Assembly (NCBI GenBank): GCA_964016885.1
Contig: CAXHJY010000523.1
Location: 62,001 to 126,000, forward strand
DNA length: 64,000 nt
Direction: 5' to 3'
Origin: Eledone cirrhosa
Taxonomy: Eukaryota
The notes below the pieces were generated by a model. The model was not told the origin of the DNA, did no database searches, and saw only the letters and a list, made by a program, of their open reading frames with translations. Numbering within the stretch: the stretch's first letter is position 1; every line of letters begins with the position of its first letter. Of this stretch, positions 43,001 to 57,300 are shown piece by piece. A program made the position numbers and the translations under genes.

Positions 43001-45361
43001 AGTGACACTAGTTGAGAGTAATACACACACACACAGGCTGAATACCCACAGTGACACTAGTTGACTGTATCACACACATACAGGCTGAATATCCACAGTG
43101 ACACTAGTTGAGAGTAAGACACACACACACAGGCTGAATATCCACAGTGACACTAGTTGACAGTAAGACACACACACACGGGCTGAATATCCACAGTGAC
43201 ACTAGTTGACAGTAAGACACACACACACACAGGCTGAATATCCACGGTGACACTAGTTGACAGTAAGACACACACACACAGGCTGAATATCCCCAGTGAC
43301 ACTAGTTGACAGCAAGACACATACAAGCTGAATATCCACAGTGACACTAGTTGACTGTAAGACACACACACACAGGCTGAATATCAACAGTGACACTAGT
43401 TGACAGTAAGACACACAGGCTGAATATCCACAGTGACACTAGTTGACTGTAAGACACACAGGCTGAATATCCACAGTGAAACTAGTTGACAGTAAGACAC
43501 ACACACACAGGCTGAATATCCACAGTGACACTAGTTGACAGTAAGACACACACACACAGGCTGAATATCGACAGTGACACTAGTTGACAGCAAGACAGAC
43601 ACACACACAGGCTGAATATCCACAGTGACACTAGTTGACAGTAAGACACACACACACAGGCTGAATGTCCACAGTGACACTAGTTGACAGTAAGACACAC
43701 ACAGGCTGAATATCCACAGTGACACTAGTTGACATTAAGACACACACACACAGGCTGAATAACAACAGTGACAGTAGTTGACTGTATCACACACATACGG
43801 GCTGAATATCCACAGTGACACTAGTTGACAGTAAGACACACACAAGCTGAATATCCACAGTGACACTAGTTGACAGTAAGATACACACACACAGGCTGAA
43901 TAACCACAGTGACACTAGTTGACAGTAAGACACACATTCACAGGTTGAATATCCTCAGTGACACTAGTTGACAGTAAGACACAGACACAGACTGAATATC
44001 CACTGTGACATTAGTTGACAGTAAGACACACACAGGCTGAATATCCACAGTGACACTAGTTGACAGTAAGACACACACATACAGGCTGAATAACCACAGT
44101 GACACTAGTTGACAGTAAGACACACACACACAGATTGAATATCCACAGTGACACTAGTTGACAGTAAGACACACACACACAGATTGAATAACCACAGTGA
44201 CACTAGTGGACAGTAAGACACACACACACAGGCTGAATATCCACAGTGACACTAGTTGACAGTAAGACAGACACACACACAGGCTGAATATCCACAGTGA
44301 CACTAGGTGACAGCAAGACACACACAGGCTGAATATCCACTGTGACTCTAGTTGACACTAAGACACACACACACAGGCTGAATAACCACAGTGACTAGTT
44401 GACAGTAAGACACACACAGGCTGAATATCCACAGTGACACTAGCTGACAGTAAGACACACGCACACAGGCTGAATATCCACAGTGACACTAGTTGACAGT
44501 AAGACACACACACACACAGGCTGAATATCCACAGTGACACTAGTTGACAGTAAGGAACACAGACACACAGGCTGAATATCCACAGTGACTCTAGTTGACA
44601 GTAAGACACACACAAACACAGGCTGAATATCCACAGTGACACTAGTTGACAGTAAGACACACACAGGCTGAATATCCACAGTGATACTAGCTGACAGTAA
44701 GACACACGCACACAGGCTGAATATCCACAGTGACACTAGTTGACAGTAAGACACACACACACACAGGCTGAATATCCACAGTGACACTAGTTGACAGTAA
44801 GACACACACACACACAGGCTGAATATCCACAGTGACACTAGTTGACAGTAAAACAGACACACACACAGGCTGAATATCCACATTGACACTAGTTGACAGT
44901 AAGACACACACACGCAGGCTGAATATCTACAGTGACACTAGTTGACAGTAAAACAGACACACACACAGGCTGAATATCCACATTGACACTAGTTGAGAGT
45001 AAGACACACACACACACAGGCTGAATATCCACATTGACACAAGTGGACAGTAACACACACACACACAGGCTGAATACCCACAGTGACACTAGTTGACAGT
45101 AAGACACACACACACATGCTGATTATCCACAGTGACGCTAGTTGACAGTAAGACACACACACACAGGCTGAATATCCACAGTGACACTAGTTGACAGTAA
45201 GACACACACACACAGGCTGAATATCCACAGTGACACTAGTTGACAGTAAGACACACACACACAGACTGAATATCCACAGTGACACTAGTTGACAGTAAGA
45301 CACACACACACAGGCTGAATATCCACAGTGACACTAGTTGACAGTAAGACACACACACACA

Positions 45362-48300
45362 GGCTGAAAATCCACAGTGACACTAGTTGACAGTAAGACA
45401 CACACACACAGGCTGAATATCCACAGTGACACTAGTTGACAGTAAGACACGAACACACAGGCTGAATATCCACAGTGAGACTAGTTGACAGTAAGACACA
45501 CACACAGACTGAATATCCACAGTGACACTAGTTGACAGTAAGACACACACACACAGGCTGAATATCCACAGTGACACTAGTTGACAGTAAGACACACACA
45601 CACACAGGCTGAATATCCACAGTGACACTAGTTGACAGTAAGACACACACACACAGGCTGAATATCCCAAGTGACACTAGTTGACAGCAAGACACACACA
45701 CAGGCTGACTACCCACAGTGACACTAGTTGACAGTAAGACACGCGCACACAGGCTGAATATCCACAGTGACACTAGTTGACAGTAAGACACACTCAGGCT
45801 GAATATCCACAGTGACACTAGCTGACAGTAAGACACACAGGCTGAATATCCACAGTGACACTAGCTGACCGTAAGACACACACACAGAGGCTGAATACCA
45901 ACAGTGACACTAGTTGACAGAAAGACATACACACACAGGCTGAATATCCACAGTGACACGAGCTGACCGTAAGACACACACAGGCTGAAAATCCACAGTG
46001 ACACTAGTTGAGAGTAAGACACACACAGGCTGAATATCCACAGTGACACTAGTTGACAGTAAGACACACACACACAGGCTGAATATCCACAGTGACACTA
46101 GTTGACTGTAAGACACACACACACAGGCTGAATATCCACAGTGACACTAGTTGACAGTAAGACACACACACACAGGCTGAATATCCACAGTAACACTAGT
46201 TGACTGTATCGCACAAATACAGGCTGAATATCCACAGTGACACTAGTTGACAGTAAGACACACACACAGAGACTGAAAATCCACAGTGACACTAGTTGAC
46301 AGTAAGACACACACACACAGGCTGAATATCCACAGTGACACTAGTTGACAGTAAGACACACACACACACACAGGCTGAATATCCACAGTGACACTAGTTG
46401 ACAGTAAGACACACACACACGGGCAGAATATCCAGAGTGACACTAGTTGACAGTAAGACACACACACGCAGGCTGAATATCCACAGTGACACTAGTTGAC
46501 AGTAAGACACACACACACAGGCTGAATATCCACAGTGACACTAGTTGACAGTAAGACACACACACACACACAGGCTGAATATCCACATTGACACAAGTGG
46601 ACAGTAACACACACACACACAGGCTGAATACCCACAGTGACACTAGTTGACAGTAAGACACACACACACATGCTGATTATCCACAGTGACGCTAGTTGAC
46701 AGTAAGACACACACACACAGACTGAATATCCACAGTGACACTAGTTGACAGTAAGACACACACACACAGACTGAATATCCACAGTGACACTAGTTCACAG
46801 TAAGACACACACACACAGGCTGAATATCCACAGTGACACTAGTTGACAGTAAGACACACACACACAGACTGAATATCCACAGTGACACTAGTTGACAGTA
46901 AGACACACACACACAGGCTGAATATCCACAGTGACACTAGTTGACAGTAAGACACACACACACAGGCTGAAAATCCACAGTGACACTAGTTGACAGTAAG
47001 ACACACACACACAGGCTGAATATCCACAGTGACACTAGTTGACAGTAAGACACGAACACACAGGCTGAATATCCACAGTGACACTAGTTGACAGTAAGAC
47101 ACACACACACAGGCTGAAAATCCACAGTGACACTAGTTGACAGTAAGACACACACACACAGGCTGAATATCCACAGTGACACTAGTTGACAGTAAGACAC
47201 GAACACACAGGCTGAATATCCACAGTGAGACTAGTTGACAGTAAGACACACACACAGACTGAATATCCACAGTGACACTAGTTGACAGTAAGACACACAC
47301 ACACAGGCTGAATATCCACAGTGACACTAGTTGACAGTAAGACACACACACACAGGCTGAATATCCACAGTGACACTAGTTGACAGTAAGACACACAAAC
47401 ACAGGCTGAATATCCCAAGTGACACTAGTTGACAGCAAGACACACACACAGGCTGACTACCCACAGTGACACTAGTTGACAGTAAGACACGCGCACACAG
47501 GCTGAATATCCACAGTGACACTAGTTGACAGTAAGACACACTCAGGCTGAATATCCACAGTGACACTAGCTGACCGTAAGACACACACACAGAGGCTGAA
47601 TACCAACAGTGACACTAATTGACAGTAAGACATACACACACAGGCTGAATATCCACAGTGACACTAGTTGACAGTAAGACAGACACACACACAGGCTGAA
47701 TATCCACAGTGACACTAGTTGAGAGTAAGACACACACACACAGGCTGAATATCCACAGTGACACTAGTTGAGAGTAACACACACACACACACACAGGCTG
47801 AATATCCACAGTGACACTAGTTGACAGTAAGACACACACACACACAGGCTGAATATCCACAGTGACACTAGTTGACTGTAAGACACACACAGGCTGAATA
47901 TCAACAGTGACACTAGTTGACTGTAAGACACAGAGGCTGAATATCCACAGTGACACTAGTTGACAGTAACACACACACACACAAGCTGAATATCCACAGT
48001 GACACTAGTTGACAGTAAGACACGCGCACACAGGCTGAATATCCACAGTGACACTAGTTGACAGTAAGATACACACAGGCTGAATATCCACAGGACACGA
48101 GCTGACAGTAAGACACACAGGCTGAATATCCACAGTGACACTAGTTGACAGTAAGACAGACACACACACAGGCTGAATATCCACAGTGACACTAGTTGAC
48201 AGTAAGACACACACACACAGGCTGAATATCCACAGTGACACTAGTTGACAGTAAAACACACACACACAGACTGAATATCCACAGTGACACTAGTTGACAG

Positions 48301-51300
48301 TAAGACACACACACACAGGCTGAATATCCACAGTGACACTAGTTGACTGTAAGACACACATACACAGGCTGAATATCCACAGTGACATTAGTTGACAGTA
48401 AGACACACATACACAGGCTGAATATCCACAGTGACACTAGTTTAGAGTAAGACACACACACACACTGGATGAATATCAACAGTGACACTAGTTGACAGTA
48501 AGACACACACACACACTGGCTGAATATCAACAGTGACACTAGTTGACAGTAAGGCACACACACACACTGGCTGAATATCAACAGTGACACTAGTTGACTG
48601 TAAGACACACACACACACTGGCTGAATATCAACAGTGACACTAGTTGACAGTAAGACACACACACACACTGGCTGAATATCAACAGTGACACTAGTTGAC
48701 TGTAAGACACACACACACACAGGCTGAATATACACAATGACACTGGCTGACAGTAAGACACACACTGGCTGAATATCAACAGTGACACTAGTTGACTGTA
48801 AGACACACACACACACTGGCTGAATATCAACAGTGACACTAGTTGACTGTAAGACACACACACACACTGGCTGAATATCAACAGTGACACTAGTTGACTG
48901 TAAGACACACACACACACAGGCTGAATATCCACAGTGACACTAGTTGACAGTAACACACACACACACAGGCTGAATATCCACAGTGAAACTAGTTGTCAG
49001 TAACACACACACACACAGGCTGAATATCCACAGTGACACTAGTTAACAGTAAGACAGACACACACACAGGCTGAATATCCACAGTGACACTAGTTGACAG
49101 TAAGACACACACACACAGGCTGAATATCCACAGTTACACAAGCTGACAGTAAGACACACACACACAGGCTTAATATCCACAGTGACACAGGTTGACAGTA
49201 AGACACACACACACAGGCTGAATATCCACAGTGACACTAGTTGACAGTAAGACACACACAGGCAGAATATCCACAGTGACACTAGCTGACTGTAAGACAC
49301 ACACAGGCTGAATATCCACAGTGACACTAGTTGACAGTAACACACACACACACACAGGCTGAATATCCACAGTGACACTAGTTGACAGTAAAACACACAC
49401 ACAAAGGCTGAATATCCACAGTGATACTAGTTGACAGTAAGACACACACAGGCAGAATATCCACAGTGACACTAGCTGACTGTAAGACACACACAGGCTG
49501 AATATCCACAGTGACACTAGTTGACAGTAAGACACACACACACAGGCTGAATATCCAGTGACACTAGTTGACAGTAAGCCACACACACACAGGCTGAATA
49601 TCAACAGTGACACTAGTTGACAGTAAGACACACACACAGGCTGAATAACCACAGTGACACTAGTTGACTGTATCACACACATACGGGCTGAATATACACA
49701 GTGACACTATTTGACAGTAAGACACACACACACTCAGGCTGAATATCCACACTGACACTAGTTGACATTAAGACACACACACACAGGCTGAATATCGACA
49801 GTGACACTAGTTGACAGTAAGACACACTACCCACAGGTTGAATATCCAGAATGACACTACTTGACAGTAAGACGCACACACACAGGCTGAATATCCACAG
49901 TGACACTAGTTCAGAGTAAGACACACACAGGCTGAATATCCACAGTGACACTAGTTGACAGTAAGACACACACACAGGCTGAATAACCATAGTGACACTA
50001 GTTGACTGTATCACACACATACGGGCTGAATATCCACACTGACACCAGTTGACAGTAAGACACACACACACACAGGCTGAATATCCACACTGACACTAGT
50101 TGACATTAAGACACACACACACAGGCTGAATATCGACAGTGACACTAGTTGACAGTAAGACACACACACACACGGGCTGAATATCCACAGTGACACTACT
50201 TGACAGTAATACACACGCACACAGGCTGAATACCCACAGTGACACTAGTTGAGAGTAAGACACACTACCCACAGGCTGAATATCCAGAATGACACTACTT
50301 GACAGTAAGACGCACACACACAGGCTGAATATCTACAGTGACACTAGTTCAGATTAAGACACACACACACACGGGCTGAATATCTACAGTGACACTAGTT
50401 GACAGTAAGATACACACACACAGACTGAATATCCACAGTGACACTAGTTGACAGTAAGACACACACAGGCTGAATATCCACAATGACACTAGTTGACAGC
50501 AAGGCACACACACACACACAGGCTGAATATCCACAGTGACAATAGTTGACAGTAACACACACACACACAGGGTGAATAACCACAGTGACACTAGTTGACT
50601 GTATCACACACACACACACAGGCTGAATATCCACAGTGACACTAGTTGACAGTAAGACACACCCAGGCTGAATATCCACAGTGACACTAGTTGACAGTAA
50701 CACACACACACACAGGCTGAATATCCACAGTGACACTAGTTGACAGTAAGACACACACAGGCTGAATATCCACAATGACACTAGTTGACAGCAAGACACA
50801 CACACACACAGGCTGAATATCCACAGTGACACTAGTTCAGAGTAAGACACACACACACACAGGCTGAATATCCACAGTGACACTAGTTGACTGTAAGACA
50901 CACACAGGCTGAATATCCACAGTGACACTAGTTGACAGTAAGACACACACACACAGGCTGAATATCCACAGTGACACTAGTTGACCGTAAGACACACACA
51001 CAGAGACTGAAAATCCACAGTGACACTAGTTGACAGTAAGACACACACACACAGGCTGAATATCCACAGTGAAACTAGTTGACAGTAAGACACACACACA
51101 CGCGCAGAATATCCAGAGTGACACTAGTTGACAGTAAGACACACACACGCAGGCTGAATATCCACAGTGACACTAGTTGACAGTAAGACACACACACACA
51201 GGCTGAATATCCACAGTGACACTAGTTGACAGTAAGACACACACACACACACAGGCTGAATATCCACATTGACACAGGTGGACAGTAACACACACACACA

Positions 51301-54300
51301 CAGGCTGAATACCCACAGTGACACTAGTTGACAGTAAGACACACACACACATGCTGATTATCCACAGTGACGCTAGTTGACAGTAAGACACACACACACA
51401 GGCTGAATATCCACAGTGACACTAGTTGACAGTAAGACACACACACACAGGCTGAATATCCACAGTGACACTAGTTGACAGTAAGACACGAACACACAGG
51501 CTGAATATCCACAGTGACACTAGTTGACAGTAAGACACACACACAGACTGAATATCCACAGTGACACTAGTTGACAGTAAGACACACACACACAGGCTGA
51601 ATATCCACAGTGACACTAGTTGACAGTAAGACACACACACACACACAGGCTGAATATCCACAGTGACACTAGTTGACAGTAAGACACACACACACAGGCT
51701 GAATATCCCAAGTGACACTAGTTGACAGCAAGACACACACACAGGCTGACTACCCACAGTGACACTAGTTGACAGTAAGACACGCGCACACAGGCTGAAT
51801 ATCCACAGTGACACTAGTTGACAGTAAGACACACTCAGGCTGAATATCCACAGTGACACTAGCTGACAGTAAGACACACAGGCTGAATATCCACAGTGAC
51901 ACTAGCTGACCGTAAGACACACACACAGAGGCTGAATACCAACAGTGACACTAGTTGACAGTAAGACATACACACACAGGCTGAATATCCACAGTGACAC
52001 GAGCTGACCGTAAGACACACACAGGCTGAAAATCCACAGTGACACTAGTTGAGAGTAAGACACACACAGGCTGAATATCCACAGTGACACTAGTTGACAG
52101 TAAGACACACACACACAGGCTGAATATCCACAGTGACACTAGTTGACTGTAAGACACACACACACAGGCTGAATATCCACAGTGACACTAGTTGACAGTA
52201 AGACACACACACACAGGCTGAATATCCACAGTGACACTAGTTGACTGTATCGCACAAATACAGGCTGAATATCCACAGTGACACTAGTTGACAGTAAGAC
52301 ACACACACAGAGACTGAAAATCCACAGTGACACTAGTTGACAGTAAGACACACACACACAGGCTGAATATCCACAGTGAAACTAGTTGACAGTAAGACAC
52401 ACACACACGGGCAGAATATCCAGAGTGACACTAGTTGACAGTAAGACACACACACGCAGGCTGAATATCCACAGTGACACTAGTTGACAGTAAGACACAC
52501 ACACACAGGCTGAATATCCACAGTGACACTAGTTGACAGTAAGACACACACACACACACAGGCTGAATATCCACATTGACACAAGTGGACAGTAACACAC
52601 ACACACACAGGCTGAATACCCACAGTGACACTAGTTGACAGTAAGACACACACACACATGCTGATTATCCACAGTGACGCTAGTTGACAGTAAGACACAC
52701 ACACACAGGCTGAATATCCACAGTGACACTAGTTGACAGTAAGACACACACACACAGGCTGAATATCCACAGTGACACTAGTTGACAGTAAGACACACAC
52801 ACACAGGCTGAATATCCACAGTGACACTAGTTGACAGTAAGACACACACACACAGGCTGAAAATCCACAGTGACACTAGTTGAGAGTAAGACACACACAC
52901 ACAGGCTGAATATCCACAGTGACACTAGTTGACAGTAAGACACGAACACACAGGCTGAATATCCACAGTGACACTAGTTGACAGTAAGACACACACACAC
53001 AGACTGAATATCCACAGTGACACTAGTTGACAGTAAGACACGAACACACAGGCTGAATATCCACAGTGACACTAGTTGACAGTAAGACACACACACACAG
53101 GCTGAAAATCCACAGTGACACTAGTTGAGAGTAAGACACACACACACAGGCTGAATATCCACAGTGACACTAGTTGACAGTAAGACACGAACACACAGGC
53201 TGAATATCCACAGTGACACTAGTTGACAGTAAGACACACACACACAGAGTGAATATCCACAGTGACACTAGTTGACAGTAAGACACACACACACAGGCTG
53301 AATATCCACAGTGACACTAGTTGACAGTAAGACACACACACACACAGGCTGAATATCCACAGTGACACTAGTTGACAGTAAGACACACACACACAGGCTG
53401 AATATCCCAAGTGACACTAGTTGACAGCAAGACACACACACAGGCTGACTACCCACAGTGACACTAGTTGACAGTAAGACACGCGCACACAGGCTGAATA
53501 TCCACAGTGACACTAGTTGACAGTAAGACACACTCAGACTGAATATCCACAGTGACACTGGCTGACAGTAAGACACACAGGCTGAATATCCACAGTGACA
53601 CTAGCTGACCGTAAGACACACACACAGAGGCTGAATACCAACAGTGACACTAGTTGACAGTAAGACATACACACACAGGCTGAATATCCACAGTGACACT
53701 AGTTGACAGTAAGACAGACACACACACAGGCTGAATATCCACAGTGACACTAGTTGAGAGTAAGACACACACACACAGGCTGAATATCCACAGTGACACT
53801 AGTTGAGAGTAACACACACACACACACACAGGCTGAATATCCACAGTGACACTAGTTGACAGTAAGACACACACACACACAGGCTGAATATCCACAGTGA
53901 CACTAGTTGACTGTAAGACACACACAGGCTGAATATCAACAGTGACACTAGTTGACTGTAAGACACAGAGGCTGAATATCCACAGTGACACTAGTTGACA
54001 GTAACACACACACACACAAGCTGAATATCCACAGTGACACTAGTTGACAGTAAGACACGCGCACACAGGCTGAATATCCACAGTGACACTAGTTGACAGT
54101 AAGATACACACAGGCTGAATATCCACAGGACACGAGCTGACAGTAAGACACACAGGCTGAATATCCACAGTGACACTAGTTGTCAGTAAGACAGACACAC
54201 ACACAGGCTGAATATCCACAGTAACACTAGTTGACAGTAAGACACACACACACAGGCTGAATATCCACAGTGACACTAGTTGACAGTAAGACAGACACAC

Positions 54301-57300
54301 ACACAGGCTGAATATCCACAGTGACACTAGTTGACAGTAAGACACACACACACAGGCTGAATATCCACAGTGACACTAGTTGACAGTAAGACACACACAC
54401 ACAGGCTGAATATCCACAGTGACACAAGCTGACAGTAAGACACACACACACAGGCTGAATGTCCACAGTGACACTAGTTGACAGTATGACACACACACAC
54501 AGGCTGAATATCCACAGTGACACTAGTTGACAGTAAGACACACACACACAGGCTGAATATCCACAGTGACACTAGTTGACAGTAAGACACACACACACAG
54601 GCTGAATATCCACAGTGACACTAGTTGACAGTAAGACACACACACATAGGCTGAATATCCACAATGACACTAGTTGACAGTAAGACACACACACACAGGC
54701 TGAATATCCACAGTGACACTAGTTGACAGTAAGACACACACACACAGATTGAATATCCGCAGTGACACTAGTTGACAGTAAGACACACACACACACACAC
54801 AGGCTGAATATCCACAGTGACACTAGTTGACAGTAAGACACACTACCCACAGGCTGAATATCCAGAATGACACTAGTTGACAGTAAGATGCACACACACA
54901 GATTGAATATCCGCAGTGACACTAGTTGACAGTAAGACACACACACACACACACAGGCTGAATATCCACAGTGACACTAGTTGACAGTAAGACACACACA
55001 CACCAGCTGAATATCCACAGTGACACTAGTTGACAGTAAGACACACCCAGGCTGAATATCCACAGTGACACTAGTTGACAGTAAGACACACACACACAGG
55101 CTGAATATCCACAGTGACACTAGTTGACAGTAAAACACACAGACACAGACTGAATATCCACAGTGACACTAGTTGACAGTAAGACACACACACACAGGCT
55201 GAATATCCACAGTGACACTAGTTGACTGTAAGACACACATACACAGGCTGAATATCCACAGTGACATTAGTTGACAGTAAGACACACATACACAGGCTGA
55301 ATATCCACAGTGACACTAGTTTAGAGTAAGACACACACACACACAGGCTGAATATCCACAGTGACACTAGCTGACAGTAACACACACACAGGCTGAATAT
55401 CCACAGTGACACTAGTTGACTGTAAGACACACATACACAGGCTGAATATCCACAGTGACACTAGTTGACTGTAAGACACACATACACAGGCTGAATATCC
55501 ACAGTGACACTAGTTGACAGTAAGACACACATACACAGGCTGAATATCCACAGTGACACTAGTTGAGAGTAAGACACACACACACAGGCTGAATATCCAC
55601 AGTGACACTAGTTGACAGTAAGGCACACACACACACTGGCTGAATATCAACAGTGACACTAGTTGACAGTAAGACTCACACACACACTGGCTGAATATCA
55701 ACAGCGACACTAGTTGACAGTAAGGCACACACACACACTGGCTGAATATCAACAGTGACACTAGTTGACTGTAAGACACACACACACACTGGCTGAATAT
55801 CAACAGTGACACTAGTTGACAGTAAGACACACACACACACTGGCTGAATATCAACAGTGACACTAGTTGACTGTAAGACACACACACACAGGCTGAGTAT
55901 ACACAATGACACTGGCTGACAGTAAGACACACACAGGCTGAATATCAACAGTGACACTAGTTGACTGTAAGACACACACACACACTGGCTGAATATCAAC
56001 AGTGACACTAGTTGACTGTAAGACACACACACACACTGGCTGAATATCAACAGTGACACTAGTTGACTGTAAGACACACACACACACAGGCTGAATATCC
56101 ACAGTGACACTAGTTGACAGTAAGACAGACACACACACAGGCTGAATATCCACAGTGACACTAGTTGACAGTAAGACACACACACACAGGCTGAATATCC
56201 ACAGTGGCACTAGTTGACAGTAAGACACACACACACAGGCTGAATATCCACAGTGAGACTAGTTGACAGTAAGACACACACACAGAGATTGATTATCCAC
56301 AGTGACACTAGTTGACAGTAAGACACACACAGGCAGAATATCCACAGTGACACTAGCTGACTGTAAGACACACAGGCTGAATATCCACAGTGACACTAGT
56401 TGACAGTAAGACACACACACACAGGCTGAATATCCAGTGACACTAGTTGACAGTAAGCCACACACACACAGGCTGAATATCAACAGTGACACTAGTTGAC
56501 AGTAAGACACACACAGAGGCTGAATAACCACAGTGACACTAGTTGACTGTATCACACACATACGGGCTGAATATACACAGTGACACTAGTTGACAGTAAG
56601 ACACACACACACTCAGGCTGAATATCCACACTGACACTAGTTGACATTAAGACACACACACACAGGCTGAATATCGACAGTGACACTAGTTGACAGTAAG
56701 ACACACTACCCACAGGTTGAATATCCAGAATGACACTACTTGACAGTAAGACGCACACACACAGGCTGAATATCCACAGTGACACTAGTTCAGAGTAAGA
56801 CACACACAGGCTGAATATCCACAGTGACACTAGTTGACAGTAAGACACACACACAGGCTGAATAACCATAGTGACACTAGTTGACTGTATCACACACATA
56901 CGGGCTGAATATCCACACTGACACCAGTTGACAGTAAGACACACACACACACAGGCTGAATATCCACACTGACACTAGTTGACATTAAGACACACACACA
57001 CAGGCTGAATATCGACAGTGACACTAGTTGACAGTAACACACACACACACACGGCTGAATATCCACAGTGACACTACTTGACAGTAATACACACGCACAC
57101 AGGCTGAATACCCACAGTGACACTAGTTGAGAGTAAGACACACTACCCACAGGCTGAATATCCAGAATGACACTACTTGACAGTAAGACGCACACACACA
57201 GGCTGAATATCTACAGTGACACTAGTTGACAGTAAGATACACACACACAGACTGAATATCCACAGTGACACTAGTTGACAGTAAGACACACACACACACA

